Assembly: GCF_009914755.1 (NCBI RefSeq)
Contig: NC_060929.1
Length of the DNA stretch: 64,000 bases
Source: the human T2T-CHM13v2.0 reference genome, Homo sapiens
Reading direction: 5' to 3' (one strand)
Shown here: in pieces, positions 37,201-50,754 of the stretch
Numbering within the stretch: position 1 is the first letter of the stretch
Layout of the letters: each line of letters opens with the position of its first letter
Program-made: the position numbers and the translations under genes
Notes under the pieces: generated by a model
Told to the model about the DNA's origin: nothing
Database searches by the model: none
Seen by the model: only the letters and a program-made list of their open reading frames with translations

Positions 37201-40200
37201 TCATTGATTTTTTGAAGGGTTTTTTGTGTCTCTATCTCTTTCAGTTCTACTCTGATCTTAGTTATTTCTTGTCTTCTGCTAGCTTTTGAATTTGTTTGCT
37301 CTTGCTTCTCTAGTTCTTTTATTGTAATGTTATGGTGTCGATTTTAGATCTTTCCAGCTTTCTCCTGTGGGTATTTACTGCTATAAATTTCCCTCTAAAC
37401 ACTGCTTTAGCTGTGTCCCAGAGATTCTGGTTCATTGTGTCTTTGTTTTCATTGGTTTCAAAGAACTTATTTATTTCCACCTTAATTTTGTTATTTACCC
37501 AGTAGTCATTCAGGAGCAGATTGTTCAGTTTCCATGTAGTTGTGTGGTTTTGAGTGACTTTCTTAATCTGGAGTTCTAATTTGATTGCACTGTGCTCTGA
37601 GAGACTGTTATGATTCCTGTTCTTTTGCATTTGCTGAGGAGCATTTTAGTTCCAGTTATATGGTAAATTTTAGAATAAGTGTGATGTGGTGCTGAGAAGA
37701 ATGTATATTCTGTTGATTTGGGGTGGAGGATTCTGTAGATTTCTATTAGGTCTGCTTGGTCCAGAGCTGAGTTCAAATCCTGAATATCCTTGTTAATTTT
37801 CTATCTTGTTGATCTGTCTAATATTGACAGTGAGGTGTTAAAGTCTTCCACTATTATTATGTGGGAGTCTAAATCTCTTTGTAGGTCTCTAAGAACTTGC
37901 TTTACAAATCTGGGTGCTCCTGTATTGGTTGCATGTATATTTAGGATAGTTAGCTGTTCTTATTGCATTGATCCCTTTACCATTATATAATGCCCTTCTT
38001 TGTCTTTTTTGATCTTTGTTAGTTTAAAGTCTGTTTTATCAGAGACTGGGATTGCAATCTCTGCTTTTTTTTTTTTTTTTTTTGCTTTCCATTTGCTTTG
38101 TAAATATTCCTCCATCCCTTTATTTTGAGCCTATGTGTGTCTTTGCACATGAGATGGGTCTCCTGAATACAGCACACCAATGGGTCTTGACTCTTTATCC
38201 AATTTGCCCATCTGTGTCTTTTAATTGGGGCATTTAGCCCATTTACATTTAAGGTTAATATTGTTATGTGTGAATTTGATCCTGTCATTATGATGCTAGC
38301 TGGTTATTTTGCCCATTAGTTGATGCGGTATCTTCATAGTGTCGATGGTCTTTATAATTTGGCATGTTTTTGCAGTGGCTGATACCGGTTTTTCCTTTCC
38401 ATGTTTAGTGCTTCCTTCAGGAGCTCTTGTAAGGCAGGCCTGTTGGTGACAGAATCTCTCAGCATTTGCTTGTCTGTAAAGCATTTTCTTTCTCCTTCAC
38501 TTATGAAGCTTAGTTTGGCTGGATATGAAATTCTGGGTTGAAAATTCTTTTCCTTAAGAATGTTGAATATTGGCCCCCACTCTCTTCTGGCTTGTAGGGT
38601 TTCTGCAGAGAAATCCACTGTTAGTCTGATGGGCTTCCCATTGTGGGTAACCTGACCTTTCTCCCTGGCTGCCCTTAACATTTTTTCCTTCATTTCATCC
38701 TTGGTGAATCTGACAATTATATGTCTTGGGGTTGTTCTTCTCAAGGAGTATCTTTGTGGTGTTCTCTGTATTTCCTGAATTTGAATGTTGGCCTGCCTTG
38801 CTAGGTTGGGGAAGTTCTCCTGGATAATATCCTGAAGAGTGTTTTCCAGCTTGGTTCCATTCTCCCCATCACTTTCAGGTACACCAGTCAAACATAGGTT
38901 TGATCTTTTCACATAGTCCCATATTTCTTGGAGGCTTTGTTCGTTCCTTTGCATTCTTTTTTCTCTAATCTTGTCTTCACGCTTTATTTCATTAAGTTGA
39001 TTTTTAATCTCTGATATCCTTTCTTACGCTTGATCGGTTCTGCTATTGATACTTGTGTATGCTTCATGAAGTTCTCGTGATGTGTTTTTCAGCTCCATCA
39101 GGTCATTTAATGTCTTCTCTACACTGTTTATTCTAGTTAGCAATTCTTCTAACCTTTTTGTGAAGTTCTTAGCTTCCTTGCATTGGTTTAGAACATGCTC
39201 CTTTAGCTCAAAGGAGTTTGTTATTACCCGCCTTCTGAAGCCTACTTCTGTCAATTCATCAAACTCATTCTCCATCCAGTTTTGTTCCCTTGCTGGCGAG
39301 AAGTTGTGATCCTTTGGAGGAGAAGAGGTGTTCTGATTTTTGGAATTTTCAACCTTTTTGTGCTGGTTTTTCCTCATCTTCCTGGATTTACCTACCTTTG
39401 GTCTTTGATGTTGGTGACCTTCAGATGGGGTTGTCTTGTCGGCGTCCTTTTTGTTAATATTGATATTGATGCTATTCCTTTCTGTTTGTTAGTTTTCCTT
39501 CTGACAGTTAGGCCCCTCTGCTGCAGGTCTGCACGAATTTGTTGGAGGTCCACTCCAGATCCTGTTTGCCTAGTTATTACCAGTGGAGGCTGCAGAACAG
39601 CAAAGATTGCTGCCTGTTCCTTCTTCTGGAAGCTTCATCCCAGAGGGGAACCCGCCAGATGCCAGCTGGAGCTCTCCTGTATGAGGTTTCTGATGACCCC
39701 TGCTGGGAGGTGCCTTCAAGTCAGGAGGCACAGGTGTTAGGGACCCACTTGAGGAGGCAGTCTGTCCCTTAGCAGAGCTCGAGTGCTGTGCTGGGAGATC
39801 GCTGCTCTCTTTAGAGCCAGCAGGCAGAAACATTTAAGTCTGCTGAAGCAGCACCCACAGCCGCTTTTTCCCTCAGGTGCTCTGTCCCAGGGAGATGGGA
39901 GTTTTATCTATAATCCCCTGAATGGGACCGCTGCCTTTCTTTCAGAGATGCCTTGCCCAGAGAGGAGGAATCTGGAGAGGCAGTCTGGCTACAGCGGCTT
40001 TGCCAAGCTGCACTGGGCTCCGCCCAGTACTAACTTCTGGTCGGCTTTGTTTACACTGTGAGGGGAAAACCGCCTACTCAAGCCTCAGTAATGGTACACG
40101 TCCCTTCCCCCACCAAGCTGGGGTGTCCCAGGTCAACTTCAGACTACTGTGCTGGCAGCGAGAATTTCAAGCCGGTAAATCGTAGCTTGCTGGGCTCTGT

Positions 40201-40724
40201 GGGGGTGGGATCCACTGAGCTAGACCACTTATCTCCCTGACTTCAGCCCCTTTTCCAGGCATGTGAACAGTTCTGTCTCACTGGCATTCCAGGTGCCACT
40301 GGGGTATGAAAAAAAACCTCCTGCAGCTCTGTGTCTGCCCAAACAGCTACCCAGTCTTGTGCTTGAAACCCAGGGCCCTGGTGGTGTAGGCTCCAGAGGG
40401 AATCCCCTGGTCTTTGGGTTGCGAAGACTGTGGGAAAAGCTTAGTATCTGGGCTGGAGGGCACCGTTCCTCACGGCACAGTCCCTCAGGGCTTCCCTTGG
40501 CTGGGGGAGGGAGTTCTCTGACTCCTTGCACTTCCCGGTGAGGCAGCGCCCCACCCTGTTTCGGCTCACCCTCCGTGGGCTGCACCCACTGTCTAACCAG
40601 TCCCAATGAGATGAACCAGTTACCTCAGTTGGAAATGCAGAAATCACCCGCCTTCTGCATTGATCTTGCTGGGAGCTGCAGACCAGAGCTGTTCCTATTC
40701 AGCCATCTTGCCAGCTACCACCTG
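34235..40724 (-). mobile_element. Full-length L1PA7-like LINE-1 (~6.5 kb), ORF2 disrupted
   Basis: 5' end GCTGGCAAGATGGCTGAATAGGAACAGC; ORF1 and ORF2 (MTGSNSHITILTLNVNGLN.., RT segments) in the track; TSD core CCTTAGTTTT (34225-34234, 40727-40736). Confidence 0.97.
38352..39377 (-). pseudogene. ORF1: L1 ORF1p reading frame with one in-frame nonsense codon
   Basis: ORFs 39024..39377 and 38352..38954 are in the same frame. The 69 nt between them are open (ERISEIKNQLNEIKREDKIREKR). The only internal stop is TAA at 39024-39026. Canonical HAKL* end. Confidence 0.9.
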
Positions 40725-40751
40725 CACCTTAGTTTTAGTATTCACCAGTGA

Positions 40752-41312
<561 letters not shown>

Positions 41313-41610
41313 TAGTTTATTTCCCAAGCCCAGAAATCACCCTTTTTCCTAAGGAGCTCTGGTTTCTTTAAGAGGAAAATCATATTTAGAAAATCAAGAT
41401 CTGGGTGCTAGATTGCTCAATCCTATTGCTTCTAGGCTCTCTCAGTAAACAGCTAAAAGATATACTGGTAGTCTAAGTACAGTACCATACTGCAGGGCAC
41501 ATTTTAGTCTTTGCCCCTTTCCATATTTAACTTTGTTCTCCAATAGTGAGAATACTTGCTTCTTTGCTACTTTTTTTATTCAGGCAAATATATTATTTAA
41601 AAATTTATCT

Positions 41611-41690
41611 ACATATTTATTACAGAAACATATTTATTACAGAAATATAAAACATTTATTACAGAAAATATAAAACATTTATTACAGAAA
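41611..41690. repeat. AT-rich minisatellite, 4 copies of core ATTTATTACAGAA (17-23-bp units)
   Basis: Seen directly. Confidence 0.9.
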
Positions 41691-41959
41691 AAATTTATCA
41701 TAAAACAAAAAGAAGAAAATAAAATCACCTTTATTCTCACCTAACAATAGCCACCACAGAATATACTTCCATTCCTTTTTATTTTCTGAACATATGTGTA
41801 TAGAAGTATAGAAATCATATTTTTTACACTTTCATTTTTTAAATGAGATTGGACGTTAAATTGCTAAATGTAAAATCTTACACTTGTGAGGTGTTTTTGC
41901 CCCTCTGCCACACTATCAGGAGTATGATTTCAGAGAATCCTGCTATATCAGATAGATAT

Positions 41960-42140
41960 GGGCTTCATTACTTGCTCCAATTTGGAGGCTGAGAAATCTT
42001 GGGCAGGTCATTTCTGAGCCTCAGTTTCCTTATCTGTAAGATGAGAGTAATAATAAATAAATAAATTTATTATATTAAATAATGTACAAAAATCACCAAT
42101 TATAGACTTCTTGGCATGACAGGCAGTCAGCAAATTATAA
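41960..42140 (+). mobile_element. MIR
   Basis: ctgagcctcagtttccttatctgtaagatgagagtaataata core. Confidence 0.75.
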
Positions 42141-42285
42141 CTATTTTGCAGATTATCAAAGCAGTTATTTACATGAGTAGATAAATAATTTGTTAATAAA
42201 TGTTACATGTTGAATATATTATATGAGATTAAAGCATTTTTGAGTGCAGGAAGTGCTTTATTTTATACTAATAAAGAAAAATATT

Positions 42286-42606
42286 GCCTGGGTGCAATGG
42301 TTCATGCCTATAATCCCAATATTTTAGGAGGCTGAGACAGGAGTATGCTTGAGGTCAGGAGTTCGAGACCAGCCCAGGCAACATAGTAAGACCCCCGTCT
42401 CTACAAAAATAAAAATAACAAAATAGCCGGGCATGGTGGTATGCACCTGTAGTTGTAGCTACTCAGGAGGCTGAGGTGAGAGCATCACTTGAACCCAGGA
42501 GTTCAAGGCTACAGGGAATTATGATTATAATCATGCCACTGCACTCAAGCGTGGGTGACAGAGCAAGACCCTATCTCTTTAAAAAAAAAAAAAAAAAAAA
42601 AAGATA
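42286..42606 (+). mobile_element. AluJ
   Basis: J diagnostics (gcaacatagtaagacccc, caggagttcaaggct), poly(A), TSD AAAGAAAAA(T/C)ATTGC. Confidence 0.93.
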
Positions 42607-43829
42607 AAAGAAAAACATTGCAATAGATCTCTTTAAAATAAATGGCCAATATGAAAACACACATATATATGTATAATATATTTAAGGCAAACCTGGATGT
42701 ACCCCCTCTGCATATAAATCCATAAATTAGGAATCACAGTTTTATACGCACCAAAAGATTGATGAATACATGTGTTATTTTCTGTCAGAATGTGCTTGGT
42801 CAGCCTGTTTTTAGCTTTTTTGCTTGTAACGAGTAAGGAAAACATTGGCTTTCCACAGTCAACCAAATATTTGTTCTGCTGCTACTTACTCGTTACTGTA
42901 GACTAAATAATTTTTCTTGCCTTGAGCAGCATAAATATGGCTTTACTCCGGACTTTAGACACTTCAGCTTTAATTTTATGCCTGTGCATATAATGCCACA
43001 TGTGTGCCTGTATAATAAAATTGTAAATACTTTATCTTCTGTTGTGTGGTGAAGAGGCTCATTGTACTCAGGTATACAAAAATGATTCCAGAAGAAAAAG
43101 ATAATGATATCTGCTAAAATGAATGGGGAGAGGGGAGAATGCTGGCATGGAACATAGAAATATAACTCTCCTAAAGAAAAAAGCAGACATTGAAAGTCTT
43201 AAATGTTTAAAACAGGGCATCAGGTATGCTTTTCAATAAAAACTGGTGATAGCAGTGGTAAAATGTTTCATCAGTATGATTATACTCCTAGGTGAAAAAA
43301 AAGATGGAGACAAGGGAAAAAATGAAGTTAACGAATAAAACAAATGTTATTTCAGATCACGGCCCTGTGTGTGTTACTAAGGAAAGATATAAGGATTTAT
43401 AACATATATTTGTTTTCCATTTATTTTTATGAAGGAATTAAAGAAATTATCAGAAAATACTAAAAGGGAACAAAGCATTTTAAAAACATTCCAACAATGG
43501 CATGCTGCTTTTTATACAGTATGCAGTGAAGTTCCTTGCATTTCAAAGGCAAGGGTAGCTAAATCTGCCTCAGCCCCTTAGCGTTCTGTACTACCCTTAT
43601 CTTGCCATTTACAACATGAAAGTATAATAATCTATTTACATGCTGGTATATACCACTATGAGTTTCTGACAAACATGGCACATCTTGGTGGTAGTTCATT
43701 TATTCTACAAATACTTATTCAATGTCTACTATGTGCCAGGCACACTTTTGGACATTTTGGATACATCAGGTAAGAATATAAATACCTCTGCCCCATGAAC
43801 CTTACATTCTACCTATATTGCAAAGTTCC

Positions 43830-44050
43830 TAGCACATCGTAGATTTCTTCTCATGGTCATAAGATGTCTGCACCAATTCTAAGCATCACATCTTCATAGA
43901 AAAGCATCCAAAACAGGAAGGAAAAATTAGAAGCAAAAGGGCTTTCTCCTTTTGGGCCTTTCTTTTCATAGGAAAGAAAATCTTTCCCAGAACCCTCAAA
44001 CATGTGATCTGGACCAAACACTGGCTGGCAAAGAGTGGAATTTCTTAAGT
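43830..44050. mobile_element. MLT1 LTR fragment
   Basis: ctcatggtcataagatg..agcatcacatct..tctttcccagaaccc motifs. Confidence 0.55.
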
Positions 44051-44084
44051 CTGAGCAACAAGAAGAAAACCGTTACCATAACTA

Positions 44085-45545
44085 CCAACTCACCTGCATC
44101 TGTGCCATGTGCTTGCCTGCCCACCTATAACTAAGGATGAGCTGTTTGTAGTCTTAGGTCAACTCCTCCACTTGTGCCTTGGATCCTGCCGCACACCCCC
44201 ATCACCTACTTGCGGACATTACTCCAACAGTTCTTTTCTTTCTGTCCTGTATTATCAAATTTCTGTTCTTACTGGATTTTCATGCTCTTTCATCATTATG
44301 AAAGCATGCAGTAATTTCTTCATTAAAAAAAAAAAGTATATCTTGTCTCCACATCCCCCTCTAACTACTGTCCTTTAGCTCTGCTTCCTTTTCTAGAAAA
44401 AAACTCCTTAAAGAAATATACATGCTTGTCATCTCCAATTCCCCTTTTCCTGTTTACTCTTAAATTTACTCCAGTTAGACTTCCGTTCACACACAACTGC
44501 TTAGCCCTCTTAAGTGACCTATTACCAGATTTTACACTGTTGGTCACTCCCTCCTCCTTGAATTATTGTTTACTTGGCCTCTAGTTTTTTCTCTCTTATA
44601 CTAAATTTATTTGAAAACATCTTTAAATCTCATGGATTTACATATCATCTATTGCTAATAATTTCCAAAGTGTTTAACATGCATCTGAAACTTAACATGT
44701 CCCAGATTAAGCTATTGATCTTATATTTCAAACCTGCTCCTCCTGAAATCATCCCTGTCTCAGTTAATTTTGGAATCGTTTTTTGTTCCCCTTTCTTTTC
44801 TACCCCATCAAATTGATCAGCAAATCCAGGATCTGTAGGCCAACAATTTCCACTGGTAGTACCTGGTCAGCCACAATCATCTCCCGTGTAGATTAGTGCA
44901 GTCGTTTCATAATTGATCTCTTTGTTTCTACAAGTGACCTCTGAAAGTCTATTCTCAACATAGTATCCAGGATGGTCCCTTAAAAATATGGCAGATCTTG
45001 TCACTCTTTTTTTTAAACCCACCAATGGATTTCTTAAAAGTTAAAGCCTCTATGTTTGTCTAGTAGACTCTATAAAATCTGTACTCTCTCCCCTTCTGTT
45101 TACCTCTCTGATCTCATCTCCTTATACTTCTCTCTCATTCATGCTGTTCTAGGCACAGTAGCCCCTTTGCTTATCTGAGTACACATTTGGCATGTTCCCT
45201 GCCTCAGGGCCATTGCTCATGCTGTTACCTTTTCTGGACTGTGGTTCCTCCAGATGTTCACATGGCTCATTCCCTTACCTCTCAGGTATTTTCCCAAATG
45301 TCACCTTCTCAATGAGACTTTCTTTGACCACTTCTACCTGACACTCCCAAATTGTTCTTCTCCACTTTGTTCCTTGTGTTACTACCTTGTAATATACTAT
45401 ATGTCTTATTAATTTGTTGTTTGTTTTCTGCCTTCCCCAGTAAAATTTTTGTCCGTTTTCTTTATTGTTGCTTTCCTAACACCTATAACAGTGTTTGACA
45501 TTCTCCAAAATAAAATTGGAGGCTGAATAAGTGAACCAATGAAAG
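44085..45545 (+). mobile_element. L2a-like LINE2 3' portion
   Basis: catctgaaacttaacatgtcc, cctcagggccattgctcatgctgtt, aaatgtcaccttctcaatgagac, TGAA-like tail. Confidence 0.85.
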
Positions 45546-48302
45546 ATGAACTCTAAAAGGCTTAAAACATTTATAATACATCCTTTGATACTGAGCATTA
45601 AGTTGCCTAAACCACTTCTCCTTTTGTTAACAAAAAAGAAGATAGAAGAATTATTACTTGGGCAGTCTACTGTGTCTAAGTTCATACTTGTGAAAAACTT
45701 ATTTTTTCCCCTGCCTTTTCCTCTCATTTCTCTCTGACAAGAGCCCATGAGAAAGGTAGGATAACAGGTATTTTGCACAAAGAAGTTGTGACTCAGAGAA
45801 GTAATTGATGTTTCCCCAAGAGCACTAACAGAGCTGATAGGACCTAGATTGCCTGACAGCAACTGTAGTCCTCTTTCCATAATGGTAACAGTCAATATGA
45901 AGTATGATATTTTGTAGAATACTGTATAATCCTTCATGTGAGCTTAGAGACGAAACCTACCTTCAGAAAAGTGATTATGAATTGACGTTAGTGGGGTTTT
46001 TTAACCTGTCATTTGAATGAAAAAGAAACTTGCTGCATATTTAAGATTCTGGGTTTTTTCTATATCTTGAATCAACCAACTTTCATAATAATTGATAAGT
46101 TTGTTATTGATATCTTATTTACTGCCAGTATATTCTTTTAATAGAGCAGAATAGAGAATATGTTGCTTTGCTATCAGATTTCTCCACATTTTGCCCACAT
46201 CATTCCCATCTTTTCCCAACCAGAAGTTATCTCCTCCAGCAACTGTTTAAGCCAAAAGCAGTCAAATTACTCAAAATGCTAATTAGATTTGTAATTTTTA
46301 ATCAATTGAGTAAAGTGAGGAGGCATGATTGTTAGCATTTTGTTAGGTGATAGAAAAAGATATTTGTAAACTCTTTTACCTAGAAGGAATTCTTTAAAGT
46401 AGCCAGGTGAGCTAAGATGCTAGTATATTAGCTATGTACATATACAGAGACATATACCACAAATGTGTACACATTATGTAATGCATATAGCAAATAATAT
46501 ATCTAGCACTAAAACTATATTGAATGCAATTTATTCTCTTTGACATTTCAAAATGCATTTCTAGATTTTGTGGCACCTTTGGTAGATACCAGGGACATCA
46601 CTTATCATTGCATTGTGGATAAAATAGATGTGCATATTCACAAAACTTGGAGAATAGTGTGATGGGCATTCAGATTCACTGTTCAGTGACAAAAAGACTG
46701 GCTACCTTCATGTTCTAAATGGAACTAGAAGATGGAGCAGATGAAGGCAGATGAGTTATTCATCTGGGCCTTAAGAATGAATACATCTATGTTGAGATGT
46801 TTATCAATGAAACTACTGTTTCCATTTACCCATATTAGCTTTTCCAGTTATAGAAAATTACCTGTCAAGTTTTACTTCTTTCCTGTAATTAGACAATTTC
46901 TTTTCCATGTGCTTTTTATATTGGCATCCTAGGTTAAAGGTGATTTTTGATTGGCAAGGTAAGTAGTCAATCCTTGCAGCTGATGAGGACTTAACATTTT
47001 TGTCATTACTGTTCTTCTAATGGTTAATCTGCCTGATGAAAAAGAGCCAAACAGCATCTTAACACCAACCAGAGCTCAGCTCAGCCTAGTACATAGGTCT
47101 ATGTGACCAGTTATTATTTCCTTTAGACTTGCATTTCTCATCTGTCTCTGAGCACCTTCTTGTATCTATTGGCCATTTATTTGGCTTTCTTTGATCCTTT
47201 GTTTTTTGAAAACTAAAACATTTCTTGTATCAGCAACCTGCTATAGTCTATTCCAACCATATTTCCATGTATCGTCTTACTGCTGCTTCCTAAAAAGGAA
47301 ACATTCCCTCCAGCCAGCAACTGTTCCACCTTGTTTCTCATCAGTAGGGTTGGCACCAGTTCAAGTTCTGTCAACACTGTTCCATCAGATAAAGCTGTTA
47401 CTAACATAAAAGATGAGGGGGCTGGTATGCATACACACTATTCAAGCACCAATGAGCAGGCTAATAGCATTCTTATTGCTCCTGTGTTAGCCTGCCTGCA
47501 GTCTAGTCTAACTTGGCTGTACCTTAGTGCTGGTGGTGATACTTGCCCATGCATATATCAGCATCTGTCTGATAATAGTTGAGTCCTTTGGATGAGAGTG
47601 TATGTTTTCTGGTTTTCATTGACAAAATGGTTAATAATTAAGCTTCTGTATAAGATCTTTATGTAAACATCATTTTAATAAGCTAAAAGTCTAATCAGAA
47701 TATAAGCAGTATGTCCACAATCTGTTATTATCTGTACCATTTCACTAGTTATTAACAGAATTGGATAAGCTTCACTTTTACAAAATGTTATATGGCATGC
47801 TTAATTTCAGCTCATTCAGCATAATGGTGATCTTCTAGAAAGAGAGAAAAGAAGTATCAGACAGAAATATTTCCTATGGGCCTCCCCTCTTTGTAGAAAG
47901 AAATCTGGCATTACATGTTTTTGGGGAGCAGGGAATATAAGAAAGGACTTTAGGGAGAGCCTTATATATCATTTTGTTCCAAAGGATAGATGTTCATTTT
48001 GGGCATTATCAGTCAACCACACTGAATCACCTTCTGTGTTATGTGATCAGTTTAGTTGTGTCAAATCAGAAAAGATTTAATCAAAAGCTCCAATCTTTTA
48101 ATTCCCTGCATTTATTATGGTCCTTGTCAGTTCTGCTAAGTGCTCAGGTATGCACAGAGAATTTCCAGACACTTATATCATCTTGATTACTTGCTTCATC
48201 TTTATCCTGCTGCCCTGGACCATTTGTGAGCCATTAAAAATCTTTTATCCTGTTTAAGGCTTAAGCTAGAGGCAGGTCTAGTCTCTAGGTTAGAGTTTAG
48301 AA

Positions 48303-48657
48303 CAGGGTTTTTCAAATTGTAGGTAGTAATTCACTGGTGGGTTATGAAATCAATAGTGTATCTCAGTCAGCACTTTTTATTTAATGGGATGGCATCGACT
48401 AGAAAAAATCAGAGTATATCACATGTAATAATGGTTTTAAATATTGTTTTATGATATTTCAAATTTTTTTGTATTTGGTTAACAATATGAAATTGCCATT
48501 TTTGTAGGTAAAAGCCAATATAATATCATCAATTTTTTATGGCTCAACCTTATATATACAGTTTTATCTAGTAGATGTACTAACCGTATATATATGTAGA
48601 GCTTAGATGAAAAAAATTTTTTCTACATATTTCCAGTCAACAGTTCAAAAGCCATTG
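48303..48657. mobile_element. Charlie4-like hAT element
   Basis: CAGGGTTTTTCAAA..ggtgggttatgaaatcaat at the start, ttcaaaagccattg at the end. Confidence 0.65.
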
Positions 48658-49998
48658 GGTTACAATAAATGTCTAATATATTGCACCATGCTAGACCAAG
48701 AAGAAATCCATTAGACACTTACCTCTAGATCTAAAAGAGCTAGTTTCTACTTGGTAGAACAGGACTCATTCATGAGAAACAAATATTTTGTAATTAATAG
48801 TCAAACAGTGTTAATAATTAATAATCATAATTTAGCAGTATTCATAGTTAACAGGCAGCATTTGTGTTTCAAATGCTAAAATTGAGTGTGCAGATGAACT
48901 GTAAGATTCAGAGACATTCAGAGTAGTGAGAACTAGTATCATCAAGAGACTCTTCCTCATTGAGGGAGGTAAAATGTAGAAATGAGTGTGACTAGAGGGG
49001 AGAGGATAGAATATTCATGCTTCATCTCTGTAACATGAGTTTAATAATAGTCTACAGAACCTTGATTCCATAGTAGAAGCAGAAATCATGAATAGTAGAT
49101 AATTTTGATGAAATAGGATCAGAAAATAGTTTAACTTTGAAAACCACTGACTTAAATGTAGATGTGTCTAAGGGCATACTGTTTGGGAAGACTTTTTAAA
49201 TCTCACTTAAGAGCTTAAGGTACTTTATGGAAGAGCTTTAACTTTATTTAGACTTTTTAGATATGATTTTTTTTTTAGGAACCTTGGGAAATGGAGAAAT
49301 TATTACCTCAGGGAAATTGTTATTTTACTTTGCAAATAAAAATATCTAGAGGTATTTTTAGAGACAAACAACATTTATCATGTGTTAATGGGAGCTTAGT
49401 GTTTGTGTATTTTTCAAAGTGAAATGAATTAGATTTAGATAGCAAAATACTGAAATATCCTCAAAACAAATCTGTTCTTTGTATATTTCTCTTGCAAACT
49501 CCATCCCTCTCCCTACAAGTTTCTAGTCTGAGCTTTAATGTCCTACCATGACCATTTTAGTCACAGTTTTTTTGTTGGGCTATTTTAACAACCTGCTAAC
49601 ATGCTGCCAACAATCTCTGTTGCTAATCTCAAATCCTGCCAATACATTCTGTGTGTGGCTTTTCTGAAACACAAACACGATCATGTGTCAATCCCCTTCA
49701 TAAAGTTCTTTAATGGCATCTCATTTCCTGTAGCGTAAAGTCCTTTGCGTGGTATGCAAGGCCCTATATGGGCTATAATTTGCCTGCCACACTAAGCTCA
49801 TCTTTCACTATGGATCCCATGTTCCATGAAGACTAGATTTTTCTACATACAAATTTATTTCACACCTTGGCTTTTACTGTCATGGCTCCCTTTTCCTGGA
49901 ATGCCTTTTCTATCTAATGAATATTACCTCAATATTCAAGTAGTTGTTTAAGATCATTTCTCTAAGATTCCTGTCCTGATACTCTTTCATCATTGGAC

Positions 49999-50361
49999 CA
50001 GTGTTTCTCAAACTTTTCTGCACATTAGAATCACCTAAAAATTCCAAAGCCCAGGGGCTGAAACCCAGGCATCGGTACTTTTTGAAGCTCCCCAGGTAAT
50101 TCTTAGCTGAATTGAAATGTGACCAGTTTAAACTGAGTTGTGCTATAAATGAATACCAGATCTTGAAGACAATACCAAAAAATATAAACTAGTTTAGTAA
50201 TAACTTTATATTGATTACATAGTGAAATAATATCTTTATATGTTGAATTAAATTTTAAACTTATAATTAATTTCATTTGTTTTCTTTTAGGTTTTTAATG
50301 TAACTACTAGAAATTTAAAATTCTACTTATGCCTTACATTATATTTGTGTTGGATATTGCT
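49999..50361 (+). mobile_element. MER5A1-like fragment (49999-~50102) fused to a MER33/MER3-like fragment
   Basis: cagtgtttctcaaactt..cacattagaatcacct..agctccccaggtaattct, then aaatgtgaccag..tactagaaatttaaaatt..tgttggatattgctg. Confidence 0.7.
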
Positions 50362-50754
50362 GGTCCAGAACAAATCACAATGATACTAAACTATTATATA
50401 AATTGTAACTAATAGTAATATATGGTATCTGTCTAATGTACACATATAAGTGTTTTTTTTCCAATCCTTTTCTGCCTCATTGAAAAACTAAACTTAACAT
50501 AAATTTTATTATACTAGAATTTTATCATGAAGTATTAATTCATTAAGTTGTTAATTCAGGAAACATTTGATGCTTGTTATACGTAAAATACTCTACAAGG
50601 AAGGCAAGGAAAATAAAAACCAAAATAACTATGTAAAATTGAAAAGTTACCAAATACGGATTTCAGAGGAATAAGAGATTAAAACCAATACCATTATAAC
50701 CATTTGAATTATTTTGCTATTTTACATTATGGAGAATAAGGCAAGGTGTGGTAT

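Noticed and set aside
41611-41690. Short repeated units resembling a CRISPR array
   Set aside because: No unique spacers. It is an AT-rich slippage minisatellite in a eukaryotic genome.
42810-42830. Similarity of AGCTTTTTTGCT to a miR-208-type arm
   Set aside because: Low-complexity match, and the partner arm of that miRNA is absent.
45476-45937. 153-aa - strand ORF
   Set aside because: It spans L2 and MIR remnants, has no recognisable domain and no exon boundaries.
47213-47407. 64-aa protein-like ORF in unique sequence
   Set aside because: No recognised homology and no convincing splice sites. Cannot be supported.
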